From: Leptospira sp.
Lineage (GTDB): Bacteria > Spirochaetota > Leptospiria > Leptospirales > Leptospiraceae
Assembly: GCA_034439575.1 (NCBI GenBank)
Contig: JAWXAQ010000016.1
Span: forward strand, 192,001-256,000
Direction: 5' to 3'
DNA: 64,000 nt
This document shows, piece after piece, positions 48,003-56,717 of this stretch (positions are counted from its first letter, which is position 1; each line of letters opens with the position of its first letter). A program made the translations under genes and the position numbers. The notes beneath the pieces were generated by a model. The model did no database searches, was not told the origin of the DNA, and saw only the letters and a program-made list of their open reading frames with translations.

Positions 48003-48902
48003 ATGCCCAAACGTTCATACAATCGCGTCATTGTCGTATTAAAAAGAACAAAGTATGAATTGGATTTGGAAACATATGGTACGCTTGAAGCTTATAAACA
48101 AGTGACTCAACACAAACCAGAAGTCTTTTTACGTACTCATGAATCACATACAAGACAAACAAACTCTCGAAACTATTTAAAAGAGAAGGTTTTCCCGAAT
48201 GCTGATTTTGTTTTTAGAGAAGATTTCGAAACCAAAACACGAGAAAATGATTATGATTTAGTAGTTTCTCATGGTGGAGATAATCATTTTACCTTTGTTG
48301 CGCACCGAGTGGGACAAAAACATTTAATCGGATGTAATTCCGATCCAGATTCATCCGTTGGAGCATTACTTGGATTTACTGCTGAAGAATTGGAAATAGC
48401 AGTGAAGAATGGATTTGAAAATACTGAAGTGGAAAAGTGGTGTTTACTCAATACGACGATCTATTATCCCAATGGCGAAATCGTTAAAACTGTTCCTGCC
48501 GTATGTGAACTTTCCATTCGCAATAATAGTCCAGACCTGACTTCAAGGTATTGGATTTCCTATCATGGAAAAAAAGAAGAGCAAAAGTGTTCAGGACTCC
48601 TTGCTTATACGGGAGCTGGTTCCACTGGATGGATCACTTCTTGTTTTCCTAAAAAATTCCCTCCTTTTGCTAAAAATGAACCCTACTTTCATATTTATGC
48701 CAGAGAGATCAGAGCAAAAAGTACAAACAAAGAGTTTTCCTTGGCAGATTTTCGTGCTTTGGATGAAGTGGAAGTAATTTCGGAGATGAACGGTGGAATT
48801 GCAGTGGATTCTCTTACAGAGAGACATTATCCTTTTCCACCCTATTCAAAGGCGACATTCAAATTGTCGGATGAAACTCTCTCCGTCGTGGTTCCAAAAT
48901 AA
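48003..48902 (+). CDS. NAD(+)/NADH kinase-like protein (NADK2/NADK3-like, variant motifs)
   Basis: DLVVSHGGDNHF, IGCNSDP..SVGAL and QKCSGLLAYTGAGSTGW motifs. Confidence 0.75.
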   Translation: MPKRSYNRVIVVLKRTKYELDLETYGTLEAYKQVTQHKPEVFLRTHESHTRQTNSRNYLKEKVFPNADFVFREDFETKTRENDYDLVVSHGGDNHFTFVAHRVGQKHLIGCNSDPDSSVGALLGFTAEELEIAVKNGFENTEVEKWCLLNTTIYYPNGEIVKTVPAVCELSIRNNSPDLTSRYWISYHGKKEEQKCSGLLAYTGAGSTGWITSCFPKKFPPFAKNEPYFHIYAREIRAKSTNKEFSLADFRALDEVEVISEMNGGIAVDSLTERHYPFPPYSKATFKLSDETLSVVVPK

Positions 48903-48914
48903 AGAGGACAACCA

Positions 48915-49283
48915 ATGCAAGATCTACCTTATGAAATCGAACAAGAAAAAGTAAACGGAACAGTCATTATACAAATTAAAGGTCGTATGGAATCAGGACC
49001 ATTAGATAAAATCACACAGACGATTTTAGATGAGATGGTAGCACCGGAACGAAAATTTTTGATTTTGGATTTTGCAGAATTAAGATATATATCCAGTCTC
49101 GGTATTAGAATGATTTTGGATGTCAAAATGAGTCTTCAAAAAAAATCTAAAGAGATGGCACTCGTAGGTGTTAGTAGCTCAATTACGCAGGTTTTTCATT
49201 TATTGGGCTTATCTGGAGCGTTCCAATTTTTTGATACAAGGGCAGATGCTACTAAATATTATGAGGAAAGTTCAAAAAAATAA
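48915..49283 (+). CDS. STAS-domain anti-sigma factor antagonist
   Basis: ILDFAELRYISSLGIR (phosphorylatable Ser) and VFHLLGL. Confidence 0.9.
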   Translation: MQDLPYEIEQEKVNGTVIIQIKGRMESGPLDKITQTILDEMVAPERKFLILDFAELRYISSLGIRMILDVKMSLQKKSKEMALVGVSSSITQVFHLLGLSGAFQFFDTRADATKYYEESSKK

Positions 49284-49790
49284 ATGTCACCTCGTTTACC
49301 CATCTGGGTATCGAATACCATTCTCGTATGTTTTTTATTTGTATCTATAGTTTATACACTCATAGCATATGAAAGTAAATATTTAAAACAAGCTTACAGC
49401 GAATTACCAAATCCTTATAACTCTAGTTTCGCTACTATTCAAGAAATTACAAAAGTCAAAAATAGTTATCCCATCACCTATCAATGCCATTATGCTTTTT
49501 CCTTACAAAATGGAATCCTAGCGGAATCTGCAGAGACCATTCCGTATTCGATTTATAAAAAGTTAAAGTTAGGCGATCCGATTGAAATTTACAGGAAAGA
49601 GATCACATTGTTCGGCAGGAAAATCGCCTTATCAAAGATAGGCGAAAACAACCAAACCCCTCCTCTTATCGATAATTTGGAACGATACTTTCGAGGGGCT
49701 GTAGCTTTTTTTGCAATAATGGCTGGATTAGCAGCTCTATTTAGGGTTTGGGGATTACAATTTCAAACTTATCAGTCCCAGAAAAAATAA
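49284..49790 (+). CDS. Two-TM hypothetical protein
   Basis: N- and C-terminal TM segments; abuts the STAS gene. Confidence 0.6.
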   Translation: MSPRLPIWVSNTILVCFLFVSIVYTLIAYESKYLKQAYSELPNPYNSSFATIQEITKVKNSYPITYQCHYAFSLQNGILAESAETIPYSIYKKLKLGDPIEIYRKEITLFGRKIALSKIGENNQTPPLIDNLERYFRGAVAFFAIMAGLAALFRVWGLQFQTYQSQKK

Positions 49791-50277
49791 GTTGTGACTG
49801 ACGAGCTTCTTGTAAGTAAGATTCCGGATTTGTTTCAAATGTCATAAAGCACATGTACTTATCAAATTTTACGACGTACATAAAATCTTTCACTGCTAAG
49901 TGAGGCATCTGAGCTAAAAATCCTCTAACCCATTTACTTTCGCGATAAACTCTTTCGTATTTAATATTAGCACCATCAATTTTTTTGATAAGGTCCATAT
50001 TCGCTTTAGAATAATCACGACTCATAATCTCTTTTTTGAGAGTTTTAATCAGGTTATATTCTAACTTTGCTTTTTTAAGAGGCAGATTCTCTGCTTGAGT
50101 TTTATAATAATATTCATAAAACTCCTTATCCTGACCTTCTTTTGCATCATGATTTTCCTCAGCGGAAGCAGTTGTCGTCTTATCGGGATTTGTTGCCGTC
50201 TGTCCTATGATGAGAGTACTCGTGCCTCCGATAAGAAGAGACACCAAAAGAATAAGGGTAAATTTGTATCGTTCCAT
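49741..50277 (-). CDS. Exported hypothetical protein
   Basis: MERYKF followed by a hydrophobic signal at ATG 50277. Confidence 0.6.
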   Translation of the reverse strand: MERYKFTLILLVSLLIGGTSTLIIGQTATNPDKTTTASAEENHDAKEGQDKEFYEYYYKTQAENLPLKKAKLEYNLIKTLKKEIMSRDYSKANMDLIKKIDGANIKYERVYRESKWVRGFLAQMPHLAVKDFMYVVKFDKYMCFMTFETNPESYLQEARQSQLIFSGTDKFEIVIPKP

Positions 50278-50365
50278 TACTCTTATGTATCGGAATTTTG
50301 GACCACAGACTGGAAATAAAATTTTCGGTTTCCAAAAAGGGAAACAAGGGCTAAACCTGTTTAGA

Positions 50366-51868
50366 ATGCTTTTGCCGACCCTCATCGACTTTCAGGAAGA
50401 GTTTTTGTCCGGTCAACCGGTTACAAAACACTATCTCCATTTTTCGGAAGTCAATTGCCATGATTTGGATATCTGGATAGGTCGCATTTGCCGGACGGTC
50501 TCGCTCGAATTTTTGCACGAAATTCTTTTTACCATCCTAAATGAGCTACTTGTCAACGGTTGCAAGGCAAATGCAAAACGAGTATTCTTCAAATCGAAGT
50601 CTCTAGAAATCACAGACCCAAATGATTACCAAAAAGGGATACCGCTCTTCAAACAAGAATTTGGTCAACATCGTAGTGCCATATTTAAATCCCTTGAGAC
50701 TACCAATTTTAATATTACAGTTAGCGCACAGAATTTTCCAAATTATATAGAATTCAAAACTACTAATAATGCCAAAATTCTGGACGAAGAAAAAATTCGA
50801 ATCAACCGAAGGATCACTGCTTCAGAAAAATATAAAAACATAAATGATGCCTATTTGGAATCCGTAGATTCCGAAGAAAGTTCGGGCCTCGGGATCGTTC
50901 TGATTCATATTCTTTTAAGAAATTCAGGAATCAAAAATCAATTTTTTGAACTTCGTACAAATGATTTCGAAACTACGATTATTGTCCGTATTCCAAAACT
51001 TCTAATTCCAATTGAAGCTCAAAACAAAATTCGGAATCTTTTGGTGAGCGAAGTGGACGGCCTTCCCCCCCTAGCCCCCCAATTACAAAAGTTAATTCTA
51101 GAGACTCGAAAGAAAGATATGGATTGGCATAATCTTGCCTCTGATGTCCAAAAAGAACCCGCGATAACAGCGGAGATTTTAAAAATCGCAAATTCACCAC
51201 TCTTCGGATTTCATCCCAAAGTAGTGATCATGGAAGATGCACTTAAAAGGATAGGACTTCGCAATCTAGAAACAATTTTCCTAGCACTAGGTGCCAGAAA
51301 AATACTGAATACTCGTTATAGTAAACAAATTTCTGTTTGGACTCACTCTTTAAAGACAAGTATTTATGTTAGATTTTTAGGTGAGGAAACGAGTAGTTAC
51401 TTTAAATATACAGAGATTGCGGCAATAGCAGGTCTATTACATGACTTAGGTAGAATGATTTTATTATCATTGGACTTATCTATGGTCGAACAAATACGAA
51501 TTTTAAAGAGTGATGATACTTCTCAAATATCGGAATGGGTCGAAGAGTATACCTTAGGTCTCACCCATTCAGATATTGGCTATCTGCTTGCTAAAAAATG
51601 GAATTTCCCAGAAGAAATATTGGATGTGATCAAATATCATCACAAACCTTGGCAATGCAAAACAGAAAATCTACCTTTTTGTCAGATGGTATATCTGGGT
51701 GATATACTCGCGAGTACAAATCGTGGGAGAGGTAACTTCTATACGATTGAACCAGAGATTCTACATGCATTTGGAATTGATAACGAGAAGATTTATCAAG
51801 AAATCTTAGAAAAATTCAGAACCAAATTTGATTCTAAAAAAGATGAGTATGAAGGAATATTTTCTTAA
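50366..51868 (+). CDS. HATPase-like (anti-sigma kinase-like) + HDOD domain protein
   Basis: N-box ELLVNGCKAN and G-box SSGLGIVLI; HDOD motifs LPPL, ILKIANSP, GLLHDLGR, WNFP, HH. Confidence 0.82.
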   Translation: MLLPTLIDFQEEFLSGQPVTKHYLHFSEVNCHDLDIWIGRICRTVSLEFLHEILFTILNELLVNGCKANAKRVFFKSKSLEITDPNDYQKGIPLFKQEFGQHRSAIFKSLETTNFNITVSAQNFPNYIEFKTTNNAKILDEEKIRINRRITASEKYKNINDAYLESVDSEESSGLGIVLIHILLRNSGIKNQFFELRTNDFETTIIVRIPKLLIPIEAQNKIRNLLVSEVDGLPPLAPQLQKLILETRKKDMDWHNLASDVQKEPAITAEILKIANSPLFGFHPKVVIMEDALKRIGLRNLETIFLALGARKILNTRYSKQISVWTHSLKTSIYVRFLGEETSSYFKYTEIAAIAGLLHDLGRMILLSLDLSMVEQIRILKSDDTSQISEWVEEYTLGLTHSDIGYLLAKKWNFPEEILDVIKYHHKPWQCKTENLPFCQMVYLGDILASTNRGRGNFYTIEPEILHAFGIDNEKIYQEILEKFRTKFDSKKDEYEGIFS

Positions 51869-52119
51869 TGTATTGGAAAGATTTATTAAATCAACCGGAA
51901 GAATTTTTAAACGACCCCAATCAAATTCATGAATTCAGCCTTAAAGACCATCCAGAATTTCCTTATATTTCACAATTGAATGAGGATGAAGTTCTAGAGG
52001 TATTAGAAGAATTTGTTAAAGGGGAAGGTCACACCGTCACCATTCAAACTCTATTTCAATATGCTCCTATATTTGAAATGATGTTATATAAAAAGAACAT
52101 GCCATCAATCTTCGGTTAG
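51868..52119 (+). CDS. Small acidic hypothetical protein
   Basis: TAATG translational coupling to the HDOD gene. Confidence 0.6.
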   Translation: MYWKDLLNQPEEFLNDPNQIHEFSLKDHPEFPYISQLNEDEVLEVLEEFVKGEGHTVTIQTLFQYAPIFEMMLYKKNMPSIFG

Positions 52120-52126
52120 ACGAAAT

Positions 52127-52567
52127 CTAATCTATATCTTCCACATCCGATACTGATGTATGTCCTTCCTTGTCTGGGTTTGTACTGAATTCAATTTTCT
52201 TAGCAACAGCGTTTTCCATACTTGTGATTAGAAGTTCATTTGTTCTTGCTAGTCTATCTGCCATAATGGAAACCATTTTAGCTGCGAATTTTGGATTTTT
52301 AACAAGAAAGTTTTCCAACTGTTGTTTGCTTTCAATGATCGCCAATTCAGAAGATGTTATTGAACGAGCTGTCGCACTTCTAGCCTTGGAACTAAATAAA
52401 GCCATTTCACCAAAAAAATCTCCAGGCTTCATGATCGCAAGACGTGTCTGGCTATTATTTACAGTAAAATAAATCTCCACATTCCCTTGAAGAATAATGT
52501 ACATAGCATTATTCATTTCTCCTTCCTTGAAGATTCTCTGCCCGGCAGGAATGCTGATTTTACTCAT
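52127..52567 (-). CDS. Stand-alone cyclic-nucleotide-binding domain protein
   Basis: IFKEGE, MYIILQGNVEI and GDFFGEMALF...RSATA motifs; no HTH. Confidence 0.9.
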   Translation of the reverse strand: MSKISIPAGQRIFKEGEMNNAMYIILQGNVEIYFTVNNSQTRLAIMKPGDFFGEMALFSSKARSATARSITSSELAIIESKQQLENFLVKNPKFAAKMVSIMADRLARTNELLITSMENAVAKKIEFSTNPDKEGHTSVSDVEDID

Positions 52568-52675
52568 TAGATAAAACTCCTATATCTATTTTTGGCATTT
52601 TCTCTCGAATACTGAATTCATTTTCGCTTCCTTCTTACCTATAATCAAATATTATTGAAAAAAAAGGAGCTTCGC

Positions 52676-53737
52676 ATGATGGAATGGGAATTTTTAGGCT
52701 TTGTACTCATTGGTCTAACTTCGATCTGCTCCTATTTGTGGAAAATTGAACCGACTCTCCCCTATTCTTTTGAACCAGGAAAAAGGGATTCTCGGTTTGA
52801 TCAAATGCGAGGAATCGCAATGATCGGTATCGTCTGCATACATATACATTCTTATTTTCAATTTTTCCATGCCGGAGAAAAAAGTGTCATCACATGGACT
52901 TTGTTATTCTCAAATTTGAGCCGATTTTCAGTTCCAGTATTTATTTTTGGATCTGCTTTATATATTTCAAAAAAATCAAATTATTGGGCATCAAAGTTTT
53001 ATTCAATTATATTACCTTATACTATTGCCTCCGTCTTCGGATATTTTATAAAATATTCAAATTATTCAGCATCTGAGTTTTTTATCAAATTGATCATCGG
53101 AGATATATTTGCTCCTTACTACTTTGTTCCTTTACTATTACAATTTTATTTATTGTATGCTCTTCTCTCAACATTATTGATAAATGACGGAGTCCTTAAA
53201 AATATACTCTATGTTTCTATATTTTTAAATATTGTTTCAAATCTAAATTTATTGAATTTTATCCTACCCGAATGGTATCGAAGTATTTCTATATTTAATT
53301 ATATCGGATTTTTTGCTTTGGGTTTAAACATCCGAAATCCAAATAGAAAAAATTTCCCTTCTCAATTATTTTTTAAATTAATACTTTCCATTCTCACTTT
53401 TATTCTGATTATATTAATCGTCTTTTTCAGTTACAATGGATTAGATCTTAAGAATCACCATTTTATCTACCCGATTATAATTATATTTTTACTCAATTAT
53501 TTATTACCAAAAGAACCTAAACATTATTCTTTCAAAGTATTGGCCTTCATTGGGAAAAACAGTTTGTATATTTTTTTATTACACCCTTTCGTGATTCATT
53601 TTATGCATACATTTGACCCATTAACTTTTGGAAATCCTGTATTTGCCTATATGATGACCCTCTTGCTAAATATCGGAATTCCTTCGCTTTTCGCTTATTT
53701 AATTACATACCTGTCGGGAATTGTTTCAAATCGATAA
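52676..53737 (+). CDS. Acyltransferase family 3 (membrane O-acyltransferase)
   Basis: FDQMRGIAMIGIVCIH, RFSVPVF, YYFVPLLLQFYLL and GKNSLYIFLLH motifs; AAGGAG RBS. Confidence 0.85.
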   Translation: MMEWEFLGFVLIGLTSICSYLWKIEPTLPYSFEPGKRDSRFDQMRGIAMIGIVCIHIHSYFQFFHAGEKSVITWTLLFSNLSRFSVPVFIFGSALYISKKSNYWASKFYSIILPYTIASVFGYFIKYSNYSASEFFIKLIIGDIFAPYYFVPLLLQFYLLYALLSTLLINDGVLKNILYVSIFLNIVSNLNLLNFILPEWYRSISIFNYIGFFALGLNIRNPNRKNFPSQLFFKLILSILTFILIILIVFFSYNGLDLKNHHFIYPIIIIFLLNYLLPKEPKHYSFKVLAFIGKNSLYIFLLHPFVIHFMHTFDPLTFGNPVFAYMMTLLLNIGIPSLFAYLITYLSGIVSNR

Positions 53738-54308
53738 CGCCACTTTCTCGGACAAGTTTTAATGCTTTAACATATTCGAGAAATACCCCAATTGTATAAT
53801 CTATTCTTGTTCTGATTCGCTCATCATCTTTATGTTCTGGTTCAGGTTGGTTTAATACTTTTTCGACATTTCTGACAATTACATGATCAGGGATATAAAC
53901 TATACGAGTATTCTTATAACTTGATGCTCTTAATTCTGAATTTGGATACGAGCCTCCCATACCTGAAGAAACTGTGACAATTAATCCTGGTTTGTGGGCT
54001 AAATCTCCAGCAGAAAAATACAAAAACATATTTTTAAGAGCAGGACTTGCCATGCCCGAGTACTCAGGGCAAAATATAATATATCCGTCAGAATCTAACA
54101 ATCCATTTGAATAAGATTTCCAAAATGATTTTATAGGTGATTCATCTTTCCACATTCCAGGTTCCCATATCGGAAGTGAATTTTCCCCCAAATCAAATAA
54201 ATTCAAATCAGAAATACCTTTTTCTAATAACCGACCTTTAAAATAATTGGCCGTTTTAGTTGATTGCGAATTTTTTCTGAGGCTACCAGAAATAAGTGAA
54301 ATTTTCAT
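53703..54308 (-). CDS. NADPH-dependent FMN reductase
   Basis: ISGSLRKNSQS, PEYSG..SPALKN and HKP motifs. Confidence 0.88.
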   Translation of the reverse strand: MKISLISGSLRKNSQSTKTANYFKGRLLEKGISDLNLFDLGENSLPIWEPGMWKDESPIKSFWKSYSNGLLDSDGYIIFCPEYSGMASPALKNMFLYFSAGDLAHKPGLIVTVSSGMGGSYPNSELRASSYKNTRIVYIPDHVIVRNVEKVLNQPEPEHKDDERIRTRIDYTIGVFLEYVKALKLVRESGVIDLKQFPTGM

Positions 54309-54961
54309 TTCGGTCCACCGCCTTGATTCTTATTTCCTTTATAATGATTTTTCTTTTTGTTTTTCCAATTTCTATTCTGATTTCTATTAGGTTGGTTACC
54401 GTCTCTAGGACCCTTCTCTTTCAAGTATGTGCTTTCTCTTTTGTCCTGTTTTTTTTGTTCATGTTTTTCTCTTTGAGATTCTTTTTCTTTATAAAAGCGA
54501 AGTTTCTCATCTCCTTCTAACTCAATATAGCTAAATAAAAATCCAGATAAAATACTTATAACTCGCTCCCATTGTTTTTTATCTAGTTCCCCATAAACAG
54601 GATGTTCACCGAAAGGACCCGAATGCAGTTTGAATGCTGTTAGTGCCGTTTTTAATCTGTTCTCTGCATACTTCTCATCACCAGATTCACTCTTATTTGG
54701 GAAGCCATTTATCTGAGTTGCTTTTGTATAAACACCGATAGACATAAGTTTCGCAAATTTGTATTTCCCAATAAATCTATTCCATATTCCAACTGAACTT
54801 TTTAAACCTGCACTTTGAATTGAAGATTCAATAAAACTCCCGATGAAATCAAAAATTTGGAATATGCTTAAATCCATTTTAGATCTTTTTTGACAGGAAG
54901 TAATAATACTCAACTCGTATTCAACATCCGTTATCGTGCGTAATTTTTGCTGTGTTTTCAT
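54305..54961 (-). CDS. DUF1569/DinB-like protein with basic disordered tail
   Basis: HPVYGELDKKQW motif; C-terminal K/R/N/Q-rich tail. Confidence 0.6.
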   Translation of the reverse strand: MKTQQKLRTITDVEYELSIITSCQKRSKMDLSIFQIFDFIGSFIESSIQSAGLKSSVGIWNRFIGKYKFAKLMSIGVYTKATQINGFPNKSESGDEKYAENRLKTALTAFKLHSGPFGEHPVYGELDKKQWERVISILSGFLFSYIELEGDEKLRFYKEKESQREKHEQKKQDKRESTYLKEKGPRDGNQPNRNQNRNWKNKKKNHYKGNKNQGGGPK

Positions 54962-54971
54962 TTAAATCCTC

Positions 54972-55676
54972 TCATTTAATTCCATATTTCTTTTTTAATG
55001 TAGAAAATTCCTTTTGAAAGTTTTCTCTAGCCTTAGTCGATAAATTACTCAAATCAAGGGTAACGGCGATTTTGGTTTTGCTAAGAGGTGAAATCATTTC
55101 ACCCCCCCTATTTTCTTTACGTTTCAAAATTTCTTCTAAATTTTTAACAGAAGGCGGTTTTCCAGCAATGATTAGTTCCATTACCGATTTTTGATCCAAT
55201 CTCGCAATCGAACTAAGTTGTTTTATATATCTTGCTGAATATCCTAAAAGAACGGAAACTTCTTCAGCAGTTTTCTTTTTATCTTTTCTTAAGAATTGTA
55301 TGGCGCGACCAACTTCCCAAGGATTCAAGTTTTTTCTTTTTTCATTTTCTGCGAGAGACATTTCATAACAGACGTCTTCGTCAGCTTCTGTAATAATTGC
55401 CGGTATCTGTTTCCAGCCCAATTTTATTGCAGCACGATATCTTCTTTCTCCCGCTACTACAATAAATTTGTTTTTTTCTCTTCTAACAAGAATGGGTTCG
55501 ATTAATCCTAATCTTTCCATAGACTGAACTAAATCCTCCACTTCCTCCCGACCGATTAGTCTAGGTTGTGTTGGATTAGGAAAAATATTAGATAATTCCA
55601 ATGCGGAGGGGTTTTGCTTTTTTTCGGTATAAGCAGAAATTAAATCTAAGGCGCGGAATTCACTTTTTTTGGACAC
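54972..55676 (-). CDS. parB: ParB/Spo0J partition protein
   Basis: PNPTQPR, GLIEPILVR, VAGERRYRA (CTP-binding Arg patch), ENEKRKNL and an HTH. Confidence 0.93.
   Translation of the reverse strand: MSKKSEFRALDLISAYTEKKQNPSALELSNIFPNPTQPRLIGREEVEDLVQSMERLGLIEPILVRREKNKFIVVAGERRYRAAIKLGWKQIPAIITEADEDVCYEMSLAENEKRKNLNPWEVGRAIQFLRKDKKKTAEEVSVLLGYSARYIKQLSSIARLDQKSVMELIIAGKPPSVKNLEEILKRKENRGGEMISPLSKTKIAVTLDLSNLSTKARENFQKEFSTLKKKYGIK
55087..55103. promoter_or_regulatory. Palindrome GGTGAAAT-C-ATTTCACC inside parB (candidate parS copy)
   Basis: Perfect 8-1-8 inverted repeat, 16/17 identical to the core of the 56640-56680 repeat. Confidence 0.6.
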
Positions 55677-56586
55677 TTACTTTCTCCTTAACTTCAATTG
55701 CTAATTCTTTGAAATTTTTAAGAGTGACATTGTCAGTTTTTGCGAGAGATGTCATCTTTGCTTGTGCCTGCGGTATAGATTCTCTACGATAAATTACAGT
55801 ATCAAACACCGGAAAATATTTCTTGATTCCATCAGCTAATCCAGATAGAGCTTTTTGTGCCTCAAATTGATTTAACACAGCACCAAGCAGTTTTAGTCTT
55901 TGGTTTGCTTTCTTTTGAATTTTAAGAATTGTTTCATGCAAATCTTTAATCCCTTGTAAACTAAAAGCCCGAGTCTGTATAGGCACGATAATGTAATCTG
56001 CCGCAATAAGTGCGTTTTCAAGTATCAATCCCAGGGAAGGTGGGCAATCGATTATGATATATTCATATTCAGATCGTATAGGCAAAAGGGCTTCCGCCAA
56101 TAATTCAAAATCGTCTCTTTCGTATGGTGTGGTCAAATTAGCAAGTTCCAACGTAGAGGGCAAAAGATCTAAATTCGGTGCTACATTTCTTATTATACTT
56201 TTTAATGTTTTAGATTTCCTTCCACGATAACCAAGGCAATCCATAACAGACGGAATGTCTTCTTTTAAATACAATTGGGTCGCATTCGCTTGAGGATCCC
56301 AATCTACTAACAAAACTTTATGGTCTAAAGCAAGTGCTTCGGACAAATATAAACTAATTGTGGTTTTTCCTTCGCCACCTTTTTGGTTGGAAACAGCGAT
56401 AATACTCGAATCAAAATAATCTTCTGCTGCCACAATAAAGTATTTTTTCAATACTCCACCTTTAAATTTTCCTAATTTAATTCCTGGAATTTTCAGCGTT
56501 TTGGCTTGGTCCAAAAATGCAGCCAATTCTAACTTTAATAATTTTGCAGCTTCTTCGGAATGATATTCTATTTGGTCTTCAATCAT
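55660..56586 (-). CDS. parA: ParA partition ATPase with N-terminal extension
   Basis: Deviant Walker A NQKGGEGKTT; DWDPQANAT and IIIDCPPSLG; ~58-aa N-terminal extension. Confidence 0.93.
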   Translation of the reverse strand: MIEDQIEYHSEEAAKLLKLELAAFLDQAKTLKIPGIKLGKFKGGVLKKYFIVAAEDYFDSSIIAVSNQKGGEGKTTISLYLSEALALDHKVLLVDWDPQANATQLYLKEDIPSVMDCLGYRGRKSKTLKSIIRNVAPNLDLLPSTLELANLTTPYERDDFELLAEALLPIRSEYEYIIIDCPPSLGLILENALIAADYIIVPIQTRAFSLQGIKDLHETILKIQKKANQRLKLLGAVLNQFEAQKALSGLADGIKKYFPVFDTVIYRRESIPQAQAKMTSLAKTDNVTLKNFKELAIEVKEKVSVQKK

Positions 56587-56639
56587 ACTTTTCCATTTTT
56601 AAATTCTTAAATTTAATACTTACTGTCAATTTAATTATG

Positions 56640-56680
56640 TCTCATCAAGGGGGTGAAATCACTTCACCCCCTTGATGAGA
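56640..56680. promoter_or_regulatory. Long perfect inverted repeat upstream of parA (candidate parS/operator)
   Basis: TCTCATCAAGGGGGTGAA-ATCAC-TTCACCCCCTTGATGAGA (18-5-18), 10 bp from a minus-strand TTGACA (56624-56629). Confidence 0.7.
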
Positions 56681-56717
56681 ATGAATTTACATAAATAAGT
56701 GTTTCAAAATCATATAT

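Noticed and set aside
52676-53737. Very AT-rich acyltransferase gene as a horizontally acquired island
   Set aside because: Composition is explained by the Ile/Phe/Leu-rich membrane protein; no flanking mobility signatures.
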